Shown: in pieces, positions 39,690 to 49,592 of the stretch
Position numbering within the stretch: the stretch's first letter is position 1
Layout: each line of letters begins with the position of its first letter
Assembly: GCA_014804385.1 (NCBI GenBank)
Contig: JAAUZW010000033.1
Location: 8,879 to 72,878 of the forward strand
Direction of reading: 5' to 3'
Origin: Lachnospiraceae bacterium
Lineage (GTDB): Bacteria; Bacillota; Clostridia; Lachnospirales; Lachnospiraceae
DNA: 64,000 nt
Program-made: the position numbers and the translations under genes
The notes under the pieces: model-generated
The model's input: only the letters and a program-made list of their open reading frames with translations
Databases searched by the model: none
What the model was told of the DNA's origin: nothing

Positions 39690-40166
39690 CTATACTTCGT
39701 ACAGAATATCCTCCAGCGAGATAACCGGGCAGTCTACCTTTTCAGACATCATTTCCTCGATCTCATCAAAGAACGTGATCGCCGTCACCACAATCACATC
39801 CACCGGCGCAAGCTCATCATCCGGCGTGACGATGTCCACATCCGCATAAAGCTGATCTGCATTCTTGTCAATGGCATAACTTACCGTAATATCTGTACCT
39901 TTCAGTTCATCGCACAAGCGCTCTCCCAGTTCTTTCATACCATAGACTGCCACCGTCTTATATCCATTCTTCTGAAAATACTCCGCTAATGTCTTCCCCT
40001 CCTGACGGATCCGGAGCCACTGATCAAAAGCCGTGTAAAGCGCATAGAGTTTCTTCCCATTTGCCTGCGTCTTTTGCAGTTTCTCCGATGATTTCGTTCC
40101 CACAGCGATTCCTCCTGCCGCTGCGCCTGCCGCCATACCTAATAATGCTGAAATTCCTTTGTTCAT
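39690..40166 (-). CDS. Small protein: Gly/Ala-rich hydrophobic N-terminus, helical linker, single Rossmann-like module
   Basis: I prefer the ATG at 40166 after AAAGGAGAG (MNKGISALLGMAAGAAAGGIAVG...). The linker is YTAFDQWLRIRQEGKTLAEYFQKNGY and the module is KTVAVYGMKELGERLCDEL...YAIDKN...VDVIVVTA...CPVISLEDILYE. Confidence 0.65.
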   Translation of the reverse strand: MNKGISALLGMAAGAAAGGIAVGTKSSEKLQKTQANGKKLYALYTAFDQWLRIRQEGKTLAEYFQKNGYKTVAVYGMKELGERLCDELKGTDITVSYAIDKNADQLYADVDIVTPDDELAPVDVIVVTAITFFDEIEEMMSEKVDCPVISLEDILYEV

Positions 40167-40258
40167 GTTTTTCTCTCCTTTTCTCTTTTCTATATATTCG
40201 TTGACCGTTTGATCTAATTTCACATATTGATTGATATCCTTCTCTGAATCTACCGCAA

Positions 40259-41803
40259 TTATCGCTGTTCTAACGCAAGCTCCTGCATGATCTCCTCTAT
40301 TGTGATCTTCGGGCATTTCATTGTTTTGCTAAGCATGCTGCTGACCTCTGCATATTGATCTGTAACAGTCATAACAACAGCATCTACTTCCGGCATTTCC
40401 TGTTCTGGAGCGTATATCTCCAGCCCTTGAATTTTCTTGCACGCCCTGTTATTTTTATCAATACCATACACTACCCGGATATCGCTCCGCTCCAATTCAT
40501 GCAACAGATGCCTCCCCAATTTTCCCATTCCATAAATTGCAATATGCTGATATCCGTATCTGTTAAAATATTGAGAGACATTAACCTCATGCTCCTTCAA
40601 ATACAACCAGTCATCCAGCAGTTGATCGTGCCTTCGTAGAATCTGAAAAGCTGTTTCCTTCTCCCTCAAAATCCTTTCCACTTCTGTCTCAAAAAACGCT
40701 TCCGCGTCCTTCTTTTCTTCCAGTAAAACTCCACTGCGCTCCTCGACAACCCTTTTTACCGCTTCCAGATAGCCGTACCCATAAGTCTCATCCGGTTCCA
40801 GATACATGCCCTCTCCCCACTCATTCCATGCATTCAGAAACACAAATTCATGATCAAGAAGCATACTTTTTCGATATAACTTTTTTAAATACTCATAAAA
40901 TTTTTCCGGACAGGCCCCTTCCATGATACTTCCCTTTTTTCCCCGCCTCGGCGTATCATCATAATCAACCAGTCCACACAGATAGGTCGTTTTACTTTGT
41001 AATCTTTTCTCCAAGATTGCTTCCCAAATTCTATCATAAGACCATCTGAGCGGTTGTTGCGTCATCCGATACTTTGTCATCACGTCTCTTTTGCTCTGCT
41101 GGGGCTGCTTTATGAAAGCCGCATCCGTCCCCGGCAGTTGTTCCTCTTCCATTCCAATCACATAAATACCGGGCAAGCCATTCTCTTTCGCTCTTGTCTG
41201 AAAATACTGCATCATATCCCACAGGGAAGAAATAAACAACGGCTTATAAATAAGAAAAACCGGTTTATCACTTATTTTGATATATCTGTCATCCCTAAAA
41301 AAAGGCAATAAGTATTGAAAATGCTCCTCCCAATCCTTTTCTCGCCCATAGCATTGCCCCAGCAGCACTCCCTTTTCTTCCGGATTGCTCTGATTTTCTT
41401 CGCCCTTCAGCCAACTATCAGAATTTCCTATGTTCGCCCATGTTCTGACCCATGTCATATTAGCCCAACAGAAACAAAACGGCATAGAAATATCTTTCCA
41501 CCGCAACAGGTTCTCTGCGGGTTTTTCCAATACCTTTCGCCCCTTCGCAAACCAGTAGTGGTACATACACATCCCATCAATATGGTATTTATGCATGAGT
41601 TCCGCCTGCCATGCCATTGTATCATATTCAAGCAGATTATAATAATTATGATCAAGCGGTACTCTAGGCTGATTATGCTCCTCGTACAGCTTATCCGCCG
41701 CCTTTACGGCAGTCCACTCCGTATATCCCTCTCCCCACCACTGATCGTTTTCAGGAATCCTGTGAAATTGAGGAAGATACATGGCAATTGTTTTTGGTCT
41801 CAT
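40259..41803 (-). CDS. WbsX / GH99-like domain protein with C-terminal Rossmann-like module
   Basis: 514 aa. IAMYLPQFHRIPENDQWWGEGYTEWTAV is the WbsX-type N-terminus. The C-terminus is DDWLYLKEHEVNVSQYFNRYGYQHIAIYGMGKLGRHLLHEL...YGIDKN...VDAVVMTV...CPKITIEEIMQE. Confidence 0.7.
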   Translation of the reverse strand: MRPKTIAMYLPQFHRIPENDQWWGEGYTEWTAVKAADKLYEEHNQPRVPLDHNYYNLLEYDTMAWQAELMHKYHIDGMCMYHYWFAKGRKVLEKPAENLLRWKDISMPFCFCWANMTWVRTWANIGNSDSWLKGEENQSNPEEKGVLLGQCYGREKDWEEHFQYLLPFFRDDRYIKISDKPVFLIYKPLFISSLWDMMQYFQTRAKENGLPGIYVIGMEEEQLPGTDAAFIKQPQQSKRDVMTKYRMTQQPLRWSYDRIWEAILEKRLQSKTTYLCGLVDYDDTPRRGKKGSIMEGACPEKFYEYLKKLYRKSMLLDHEFVFLNAWNEWGEGMYLEPDETYGYGYLEAVKRVVEERSGVLLEEKKDAEAFFETEVERILREKETAFQILRRHDQLLDDWLYLKEHEVNVSQYFNRYGYQHIAIYGMGKLGRHLLHELERSDIRVVYGIDKNNRACKKIQGLEIYAPEQEMPEVDAVVMTVTDQYAEVSSMLSKTMKCPKITIEEIMQELALEQR

Positions 41804-41818
41804 ATGTATTTCTCCTAA

Positions 41819-43414
41819 CTAATAAATTTTTTCCCTGGCTACTCCCATCTGCACACACATATCCGTTACTTCTCTCTTTATTCTGCCATTCCTTATCGCA
41901 ACAAACAGAACGTCAAAATCAAGACTCTCTATGCACGCAGGCGCCTCTATTTCTCTTCCAAAAATGCGCGGAAACTGCTTATAATTTTGATCTGTCCACG
42001 CCACAATGTCCACCTGTGAGGCAAGGTTTTCATAAAAATATTTTCCATAGTTCCCGGCTCCATACAACAGAACCCGCTTTCCTTTCAAATATCTGCCATA
42101 AATATCAAACTCTTCATAAATGCCAGTCTCTGCGGCATAAAGCGACGTTTTTGCCCGCTCCCGCACATCACGCTCCGCCCATCCGTAATGAATATTCTGA
42201 AAATCTATCTCCCAGAGAAAATCCTCACATTCGGCAGATTGATACAGGCTTTCCACTTCTTTCATCAAACGTTCTCTGAATTCATAAAAAATATATACTG
42301 TCTGCGCTAATGCACTTTCATCCATCAAATAAGTAAAATGATATTTCATCCTCTGACGAGCTGCCTGATTCAACGTCAACTCTTTTCCATCAAAATCAAA
42401 ATAATCTAACAGATTATGCTGACAGCCGCTGTCCATGCCGATATGATACAGTTCCATTCCCTGATCGCCGGTCAAAAACAAAAAGCTTCCGTCCGTCAGG
42501 CTGTATGCCTTATGAAAACTATTTTCCCTAATCTTCTGAGCCGCATACGCATTTCTCGCAAATGCGTATTTTCTTTGGGGCAACAGCAAATCCTTTCGTT
42601 CCAGTTTATGCTCCGGCAAACCGAGCATCTGCATGACCAGATCCTTTATGTCTGTTGTGGAGACCAGAGCATCTATCTCTTCCGCATCAAAACGACTGTC
42701 GTAGATGAAAAGCGGCGTATGTATCAACGATTCATAGGGTTCAATCGCATGCGTCAGACCATTATGCTTTCCATGCGCAAAAACCTCATCCCCATGATCC
42801 CCATAAAAAACGACCGTCGTGGATTCCAGCAGTTGCTTTTGCTCCAAAAGATCCATGATATCCCCGGCCGCAGAATCCATACCCCGATATCCGCTTTCCC
42901 ATCGCTCTAACCCTGTCTGTCCTTCCACATTTTCCATAAAACGGTTAAAGCTTACATTACTGATATAGTTACAAGTCCATATCGCAAAAGGACTTTCTTT
43001 TGTCATCGCTTTTTCTATTGTCTGCAGATATTGCTCATAAGATGCTACTACATCCATTTCCGTCTCATATCCGATAAAATAGTTTTCATTTCCTCCAACA
43101 AAACTCCCCGAGTCATCCTGCGGATACCCCAGCGCCCATACTTGGTATCCTTTCTTTTTTAATTCATCCAGAAACGACTCCGAACCGCAGTGCTTCTTTA
43201 GTTTCTCATTCAGGTAGCTACATGATTCGTACTGCAACACACTCCCATATGCCAAATCAGAACATATCATTATAGTTGAGGTTGCAGTTGCAAAATATTT
43301 TGTAAAAAAAAGAGAATTATGTTCCCACTGGCGCAATGTCGGCCATAGCTGTGCATTTATTTTATAATTTGTGTAGTTAAGGCTCTCCAAATGAATCAAT
43401 ACCAAATTTCTCAT
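41819..43414 (-). CDS. Sulfatase-fold (LtaS/phosphotransferase-like) domain without TM anchor, plus C-terminal Rossmann-like module
   Basis: 531 aa. It has LVLIHLESLN, ATATSTIM (candidate nucleophile Thr/Ser region) and VVFYGDHGDE. The C-terminus is KRVLLYGAGNYGKYFYENL...VAWTDQN...FDVLFVAI. I see no hydrophobic helix. Confidence 0.6.
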   Translation of the reverse strand: MRNLVLIHLESLNYTNYKINAQLWPTLRQWEHNSLFFTKYFATATSTIMICSDLAYGSVLQYESCSYLNEKLKKHCGSESFLDELKKKGYQVWALGYPQDDSGSFVGGNENYFIGYETEMDVVASYEQYLQTIEKAMTKESPFAIWTCNYISNVSFNRFMENVEGQTGLERWESGYRGMDSAAGDIMDLLEQKQLLESTTVVFYGDHGDEVFAHGKHNGLTHAIEPYESLIHTPLFIYDSRFDAEEIDALVSTTDIKDLVMQMLGLPEHKLERKDLLLPQRKYAFARNAYAAQKIRENSFHKAYSLTDGSFLFLTGDQGMELYHIGMDSGCQHNLLDYFDFDGKELTLNQAARQRMKYHFTYLMDESALAQTVYIFYEFRERLMKEVESLYQSAECEDFLWEIDFQNIHYGWAERDVRERAKTSLYAAETGIYEEFDIYGRYLKGKRVLLYGAGNYGKYFYENLASQVDIVAWTDQNYKQFPRIFGREIEAPACIESLDFDVLFVAIRNGRIKREVTDMCVQMGVAREKIY

Positions 43415-43432
43415 TTTTGCATCCTTTTTCCA

Positions 43433-44389
43433 TTAAATCCAAAATTTTTCCTCTGGTTCCTTCAAGTCAATATCTGTTAAATCCGTTCTATTCTTTAACA
43501 TCTGATATATATATGCCGCATAATTAATATCATGAATGGACAGGCCTATATTGTACACCAGTATCCTCTCACGGTCATTTTCTCTCCCAGCTGTCCTGCC
43601 GTTTATTGCGTCGCTCACTTCCGCAAAGCTTTTGAATTTTTCAAAATTTTTAAAATGATGTACATGAGCATAATCGTCTGCATACACTTTGTCAAAAAAC
43701 AGATCACAGTTTGAAAATCCCCTCGTATGAATCGGAACCACCAGAACTCCCTCATCAAGGCACGCATCGTCACAAATATCCTGTTCCAGATATGTGGCTG
43801 CCGAAATAACCACATCCGCCCCCTTCACCAACGTTCTGCTGTCATCGACGTACTCAAAATCAAGATTCACATATCCGGAAAACCTCTGGACAAATAATTG
43901 CTCCTGTCCCTTATATTTCAACAGCTTAACTTTGATCTCTCTCTTCGGGAATATTCCTGCCAACGCTAATAAAGTCGCTCTGGCTGTATTTCCAAGCCCC
44001 ATCATCCCGATTACCGAAAAGTCTTTCTTTGCAAACGTCATCACAGAATGAGCTGCAACAGCCCCCGTACGCATTGCCGTGATCCAGTCGGCATCCATCA
44101 ATGCCAAAAAATCGCCAGAATCCGCGTCAAACAATAACAGCCTGCTGTCCAAACTTGGGGTCCGTCCCGGATACCGGGTAACAATTTTTACGCCCCCTAC
44201 CCTCCCCATCTCAGAATGTGAAATAATACACGGCATTACATTGCAGAAAGCGCCTTCAAAGGGCTTCATGCTAATTTTAGCCGGTAATAGTGCCTCCTTT
44301 TTCCTGACTATCATCTCCTCCACCCACTGATAACAAATTTCCGGTGTGAGACCCAATTCCTGTATATTGTCAAATGTGATCAGCTTCAT
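43433..44389 (-). CDS. Ornithine cyclodeaminase / mu-crystallin family NAD(P) enzyme
   Basis: 318 aa. DADWITAMRTGAVAAHSVMTFA...IGMMGLGNTARA is the family's substrate loop plus Rossmann region. Confidence 0.7.
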   Translation of the reverse strand: MKLITFDNIQELGLTPEICYQWVEEMIVRKKEALLPAKISMKPFEGAFCNVMPCIISHSEMGRVGGVKIVTRYPGRTPSLDSRLLLFDADSGDFLALMDADWITAMRTGAVAAHSVMTFAKKDFSVIGMMGLGNTARATLLALAGIFPKREIKVKLLKYKGQEQLFVQRFSGYVNLDFEYVDDSRTLVKGADVVISAATYLEQDICDDACLDEGVLVVPIHTRGFSNCDLFFDKVYADDYAHVHHFKNFEKFKSFAEVSDAINGRTAGRENDRERILVYNIGLSIHDINYAAYIYQMLKNRTDLTDIDLKEPEEKFWI

Positions 44390-44395
44390 AAATGA

Positions 44396-46216
44396 TTACC
44401 CCGCCTTCTTGCTAAGCTCCTTTTTCAATGCTTGAATCAGCCTGTCATTATCTTGTTCATTTCTTATCGCCAGTCTCAAATACTTTCCTCCTGGTATCTT
44501 CTCCGATAAATCCTTCACAAACAAATTATACTTTATAAGCATTGTTCTGGCTATCTCACCCGCCATAACGTCTCCCGTCAGTTCGATCATGACATAATTG
44601 GCTTGTGACGGAATAACACGAATTCCATCTATCCCATCCAGTTGTTTCTGAAACCTAGTACGTTCCGCCCGAAGTAGCTTTAGGGCTTCCTCATAGTCTC
44701 GCCTGTATTTTTCCTCTATCTGCATATAAAATTCTGCAAAAGAATTGATATTCCAGATAGCCACATCCTTTTTCAATCGCTCAATCCTGACGGTATCTCC
44801 AGAGGCCAGAATGCCGAGCCGCAACCCCGGTACTCCATATGATTTGGAGATACTTTTTATCACATACAAATGCTTATTCGCATCCAGAATGTCTTGACTA
44901 ATCAAAGAACTATCCAACTCATCCGAAAAATCCAGAAAGGACTCATCTACCACAAGAGAGATCCCTTTCCGTCCCGTCCACTCAATCAATTTCCGTATAC
45001 CGTCTACAGGAATGTAGCTGCCGGACGGATTGTCCGGATTAACAATGATCAAATTTTGAATATTCTTGTCCTAAAAAAAATCTATCAATTCCTCAGCGGT
45101 GTATTTATAATCAGAATTATCAGGTACAAATGCAATGGAATCTTCCTTTCTGTAACGGTTCGGATATTCTTCGAAAGTCGGCCTCGTAAATCCCGTTTCC
45201 CCACTCAATTCTTCCATAAGAGCTTTGATCAGTTCAGCCGCCCCGTTACCCACTACAATATTTTCTTGAAAAACTCCAAAATTCTTAGCCGCAAGCAGTG
45301 AATTTACCCTCATACCGGACGGGTACTGAGTCAACAATTTCTCAAAACTTGCCTTTATCTCATCCATTAATTTCTGAGGTGGAAAATACGGATTTACGAG
45401 ATAGCAAAAATCAACCAATTTAGGATATCGCCAATATCCTCCATAGCGGGCTTTTATTAACGATACTTTCTCCTCTTCATCCGGCGAAAACATGGAAGAA
45501 GCAATATCCAGATCCTGTATATCGTCAATCTCATACCACAGCTGTCCATCCAGCCTCTTCGCTTTAATTTCCGGGTCATCCAGCATGGTTATAACCCGCA
45601 AAACCTGTTCGTAATACTCGTTATTACCCAGCGCTACGGAATATGCTTCTAAAAAAGGAACATAGTGTGTCTTCGAAAAATGCTGGCTGAACTTATAGAT
45701 ATTAACCGTTTTATAATAGTCATGAATATCTTCAAAAACGAATTTTTTCCCCGGAACGAACGCCTCTATCGTATCATCCTCACTTATTTTTATGCATGTA
45801 CCGTCCATCCAGCTCTCGTATTTGTCAACTAATGCCAGTGTCTCGCGGGGGTCTTCCACTAATACATCGAGAACACTATCCTCAAAAATAAGATCCGACT
45901 CCAGTAATATCGTATCTTCCTTGAGTAAATACTCTTTTGCAAGCATCAGAGAATAGATATTATTCGTCTTATCATAGACCGGGTTATTAACAAAGGAAAT
46001 CGGCGTAGAGATATTCAATGTCTGTATGTAATCAATCAGTTTCTGTCCCTGATATCCGACTACAATTACGATCCGGGATAAATGAAGCTTCTCCAATTGA
46101 TGGAGCATTCTGTCAATCAGCGTTACATTGTTTACCTTCACCATACACTTCGTATTATCACGGGTCAGATCTTTTAATCGTTTTCCCATCCCTGCTGCCA
46201 AAATAATCGCCTGCAT
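44396..46216 (-). pseudogene. LicC-like nucleotidyltransferase fused to a class I/II PLP aminotransferase/decarboxylase fold, interrupted by one in-frame TAG (45073-45071)
   Basis: The upstream ORF (45071..46216) is MQAIILAAGMGKRL...NPVYDKTNNIYS, then the start of an aminotransferase fold, ending ...EELIDFF-TAG. The same frame continues DKNIQN(L)IIVNPDNPSG...SISKSYGVPGLRLG (PLP lysine region) to 44396. Confidence 0.7.
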
Positions 46217-46256
46217 ACAAAACCCACCTCTCTACCGAAAAATACGTTTTCCCACA

Positions 46257-47132
46257 TCATCCCAGCTTTCCTTCCATCAATGCCTGATAAAAACTGTCAA
46301 TATCTCCCCTCAAAAATCTCTTCTTATAGGACAGCTTGTGTACCGGCGTATTGCCTCTCAAGATCTCCCAATCCCGCTCTTTAAATTCCCGCCCTAGTCG
46401 TCTCCAAAGAATATGCGGTGTGCTGTTATTGAAATAGGGAATTTCATTAAAAATCCTTTTACATTCCGCATCCGCGTCTATCAGTCGGGATATCATGATA
46501 TGCAAAACAAAATAATTATGAATATCTGTCTCCTGTTCCCAGAAGTCATACAGCATATTACGCACGGCATGCATCAAGCGATTTGTTTTTTCAGCACACA
46601 ACCACCAGCTCGACATTTTGATCACCAGTTTTTCCGTGATCGAATCCTGAAACAGAAACATCTCGCCGCTTACCATATATTCCGGAACAGGTCCGCTGCA
46701 GAAAACAGTTGCATCCACCCAGCAACCGCCATATGTGCAAAGCAATTCGACACGAATAATATCCGACAAATGTGTTGTTGTTATGTAGCCCTGCTCATAT
46801 TTGTCCCAAATAAACCTCGGTAAACTCACATATTCTCTCAAATTTTTATCTGTCAATAAAATAATATCATATCCCTGCGGCACATTTTTGCAAACAGATT
46901 CGTAACATTTTCGTACCAATGCAGGCGCATTCTCCATTCCCTGCATCCAGAATATCCAAATTGTCTTGTTTTGCTTTACCGAATTTACATTCTGTATATC
47001 TGCTATCGCAAATGTCTTCTCATTGATATATTTGTCCAGATATCGATAAACTTTACTGAATTCCAATTCCTTTTCAATCTGATCTTTATATAAAAACTGT
47101 TCTAAATCCATTTGCAGCTCCTTGCAGGTCAT
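46257..47132 (-). CDS. Capsular-polysaccharide-synthesis family protein (Caps_synth/GT32-like)
   Basis: 291 aa. It has TIWIFWMQGMENAPALVRKC and a later DIIRVELL...GGCWVDATV pattern typical of this family (from memory). Confidence 0.55.
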   Translation of the reverse strand: MTCKELQMDLEQFLYKDQIEKELEFSKVYRYLDKYINEKTFAIADIQNVNSVKQNKTIWIFWMQGMENAPALVRKCYESVCKNVPQGYDIILLTDKNLREYVSLPRFIWDKYEQGYITTTHLSDIIRVELLCTYGGCWVDATVFCSGPVPEYMVSGEMFLFQDSITEKLVIKMSSWWLCAEKTNRLMHAVRNMLYDFWEQETDIHNYFVLHIMISRLIDADAECKRIFNEIPYFNNSTPHILWRRLGREFKERDWEILRGNTPVHKLSYKKRFLRGDIDSFYQALMEGKLG

Positions 47133-48658
47133 ATGCTATAACTTTCAAATATAACATCCTCTAAACTCACAACCGGTATTTCCGTTAACTTCGCCAGCAT
47201 CTTTTGAATATTTGCGTGATCAAAAATAGCTGTGTTCACAATCGCATCTACACACGGTAATTCTCCGACAGGCTGTCGCACCTCAATCCCCATATAGGGA
47301 TTTATCTTGTTTCTGTCAATTCCATATACAATAGTAATATCGGTTGCCTGTAATTCTCTTATAACATGCCTGCCACATATAGCCATCCCATATATTGCAA
47401 TAGAGCGATACCCTTTCGCTGCCAGATAATCGGCAATGCTCTTTCTTTCCTGCTTCAGTATCAGCCACTGATCCATCATGTCGCGATATCGTTTATCACG
47501 GTTTCCCGCTTTCTGCGGTTCTGTCATCTGCTGATGCTCATATTCGTAGAACAAAACTTCTTCTATGGAAAACATGGGACAGGATAATGTGACAGAAAGG
47601 CTGTCCCTGATTTCCAGAAAATCAAAAATCGGCGTAATCACAACTGCATCCACCATTTCCAATGCTTCATCCGGATGTAAAACCGGTACTCCCCATTTTG
47701 CTTTTTGGGGACTTCTGTCAATACCATATTTAACCGTTATCCCACTGTTCTGCAGCTCGTCATAAAGCCGCTGCCCCATATTATGAACGCCGTATATTGC
47801 AATGGTCTTTATCTTCTTATGAGCAAAGAACAAACTCAAGCTGATACCCTGTTGTTTCAACATCAGCCATCGATTCATAAATTCATACATAAAATGCTCT
47901 TTCTTCTTCTGTACAAAGAGCTGCTTAACTTCTCTGCCATAGGGAAATCCGGTGCGGGGAAAATGTTTCCCGATCACTTCAAAGTACTCTTTCCAATGTA
48001 TCTTCTGATATTTAGTCTGAAAAGTAATTCCGCTGATATCGTAATCTACCACAACAGCATTCAATTTTATTATTTTTCTACCTGCATTTACCTGACGGCA
48101 TATCCAGTCATAGTCCGCGCAGGTCGTATATCGTTCATCAAACCCCTCTGTCAAGGTATCTTTTGCCGCAAAAATCACCTGATGGCAAACACTTTCTCCT
48201 TTTTTCAAATTGTTCAGCAGATCCTCTCCAACCGGATATATATGTCTGGACAGTCCGTTTTCCCTTTTGAACGCTACATCACCGATTATGACATCTGTCC
48301 CATCCGCTATTTCTGCTGCTCTTTGGAGTATATCCGCACTGTGAAACTCGTCCCCCGCATTCAAAAACAGGAGAAAATCACCTTGCGCACGCTGAACTCC
48401 TTTATTCATGGCATTAAAGACACCGTCATCCGGCTCAGAGCGCCACTGTACTCTTGCATCTATCCCGGCATATTCCTGTATGACAGCCACCGTTCCATCC
48501 GTAGACGCGCCATCCACAATAATATATTCAAAATTTTCATAATCCTGCCTTAGCACAGATTCCATCGTCGGACGGATTACCTTTTCCGCATTAAAGCAAA
48601 CCGTAATAATGCTGAATTTAACACTTTTCCCCAATTTCACTGCTTCAGTATCCCCCAT
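47129..48658 (-). CDS. GT2 glycosyltransferase with two tandem C-terminal Rossmann-like modules
   Basis: 509 aa. The GT2 domain is FSIITVCFNAEKVI...IIVDGASTDGT...LNAGDEF. Module 1 is NRWLMLKQQGISLSLFFAHKKIKTIAIYGVHNMGQRLYDEL...YGIDRS...VDAVVITP...CPMFSIEEVLF. Module 2 is DQWLILKQERKSIADYLAAKGYRSIAIYGMAICGRHVIREL...YGIDRN...VDAIVNTA...IPVVSLEDVIFE. Confidence 0.8.
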   Translation of the reverse strand: MGDTEAVKLGKSVKFSIITVCFNAEKVIRPTMESVLRQDYENFEYIIVDGASTDGTVAVIQEYAGIDARVQWRSEPDDGVFNAMNKGVQRAQGDFLLFLNAGDEFHSADILQRAAEIADGTDVIIGDVAFKRENGLSRHIYPVGEDLLNNLKKGESVCHQVIFAAKDTLTEGFDERYTTCADYDWICRQVNAGRKIIKLNAVVVDYDISGITFQTKYQKIHWKEYFEVIGKHFPRTGFPYGREVKQLFVQKKKEHFMYEFMNRWLMLKQQGISLSLFFAHKKIKTIAIYGVHNMGQRLYDELQNSGITVKYGIDRSPQKAKWGVPVLHPDEALEMVDAVVITPIFDFLEIRDSLSVTLSCPMFSIEEVLFYEYEHQQMTEPQKAGNRDKRYRDMMDQWLILKQERKSIADYLAAKGYRSIAIYGMAICGRHVIRELQATDITIVYGIDRNKINPYMGIEVRQPVGELPCVDAIVNTAIFDHANIQKMLAKLTEIPVVSLEDVIFESYSI

Positions 48659-48820
48659 ATAATGAAATGATCAAATATCACGGTCTAACAAATGAAAACA
48701 CATCACACCTGTACTCACTATTATGTGTAACCTCATCATAATTTGTAGGTATCCATATCATATTCGACTTTTCCTTTGGAAATACACGAAAATTCCTGCT
48801 TTTTCGTTTTTTATTTTTAA

Positions 48821-49579
48821 TTAAATGGCTTTTGCCACAAAATAACTTGTCCAAGAAGCATACCCTGTCGCTCCAAGTGTGGCACAGTCCAGATTATCAA
48901 TCAGCTCAAATCCCGATTCCTTTAAATAAAATTCCAATTCCGGTCTAAAAAAATATCTCATATGGTGCGTCTCGTTGATCGTTTTTGTACAGCCCGTTTC
49001 TTTCTCTATCACCAAAACCTCGTAACATACATCAACCACATTCGCCTTATCATGCATGACAGGTCTGGCTATCCTTACCAGCTTATATTTATCATCCTGT
49101 ACTTCCTTAACACGGACTACTGGCGGATCGCTCAGCACACCCGGCCCGTACCACAGATCAAAGAGGAAAAGTCTGCCAGCATCCAGCGCCTTTCTTGCGC
49201 TTTGAAATGCACTCAGAATATCATCATTACTGTTCTGGTAACTCATCACATGAAAAAGAGAGATCACCGCATCATACTTCCCTCTGGGTTCATAAGTACG
49301 AATATCTGCCACCGAAAAATCAATATCCACCTTCATGTCCCTGCTGTTTTCCCTTGCAATGTCGATCATAAGCGGACTCATATCTATCCCGGTACAGTCA
49401 TATCCAAGTTTCGACAATTCTATATCATGCCGGCCTGTTCCACATCCGTAATTGATTACTTTCCCGATGTTACTTCCGTACCGCCTCAGCAGTGTGTCCA
49501 CCTGTCGGCTCTCCGCCGCATAGTCCTTATCTTGATAAAACGCGTTATAATAATATGCATAATTTTGAAATGCTTCCAT
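48821..49579 (-). CDS. Class I SAM-dependent methyltransferase
   Basis: 252 aa with motif I VINYGCGTGRH and post-I GIDMS. A decayed copy of its 5' half lies at 52290-52685. Confidence 0.8.
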   Translation of the reverse strand: MEAFQNYAYYYNAFYQDKDYAAESRQVDTLLRRYGSNIGKVINYGCGTGRHDIELSKLGYDCTGIDMSPLMIDIARENSRDMKVDIDFSVADIRTYEPRGKYDAVISLFHVMSYQNSNDDILSAFQSARKALDAGRLFLFDLWYGPGVLSDPPVVRVKEVQDDKYKLVRIARPVMHDKANVVDVCYEVLVIEKETGCTKTINETHHMRYFFRPELEFYLKESGFELIDNLDCATLGATGYASWTSYFVAKAI

Positions 49580-49592
49580 TTTAAATTCCTCT

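Noticed and set aside
39690-40316. The 208-aa version of the small module protein starting at 40316.
   Set aside because: The extension overlaps the 3' end of the upstream WbsX-like gene and has no RBS. The ATG at 40166 has AAAGGAGAG upstream.
45071-45073. The TAG as a recoded codon (pyrrolysine or read-through).
   Set aside because: TAG terminates ordinary genes here (guaB ends GAT GAG TAG at 21735-21737). No pyl genes or downstream recoding structure are evident in the window.
45071-45082. The T8 homopolymer (GATTTTTTTTAG) immediately before the in-frame TAG, considered as a slipped-strand phase-variation switch.
   Set aside because: Both halves are already in the same frame. Removing or adding one T leads to new stops within a few codons (…AAA ATT TGA, or …CAT TGT TAA), so tract-length change cannot restore the protein. 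The lesion is a nonsense codon, not a frameshift.
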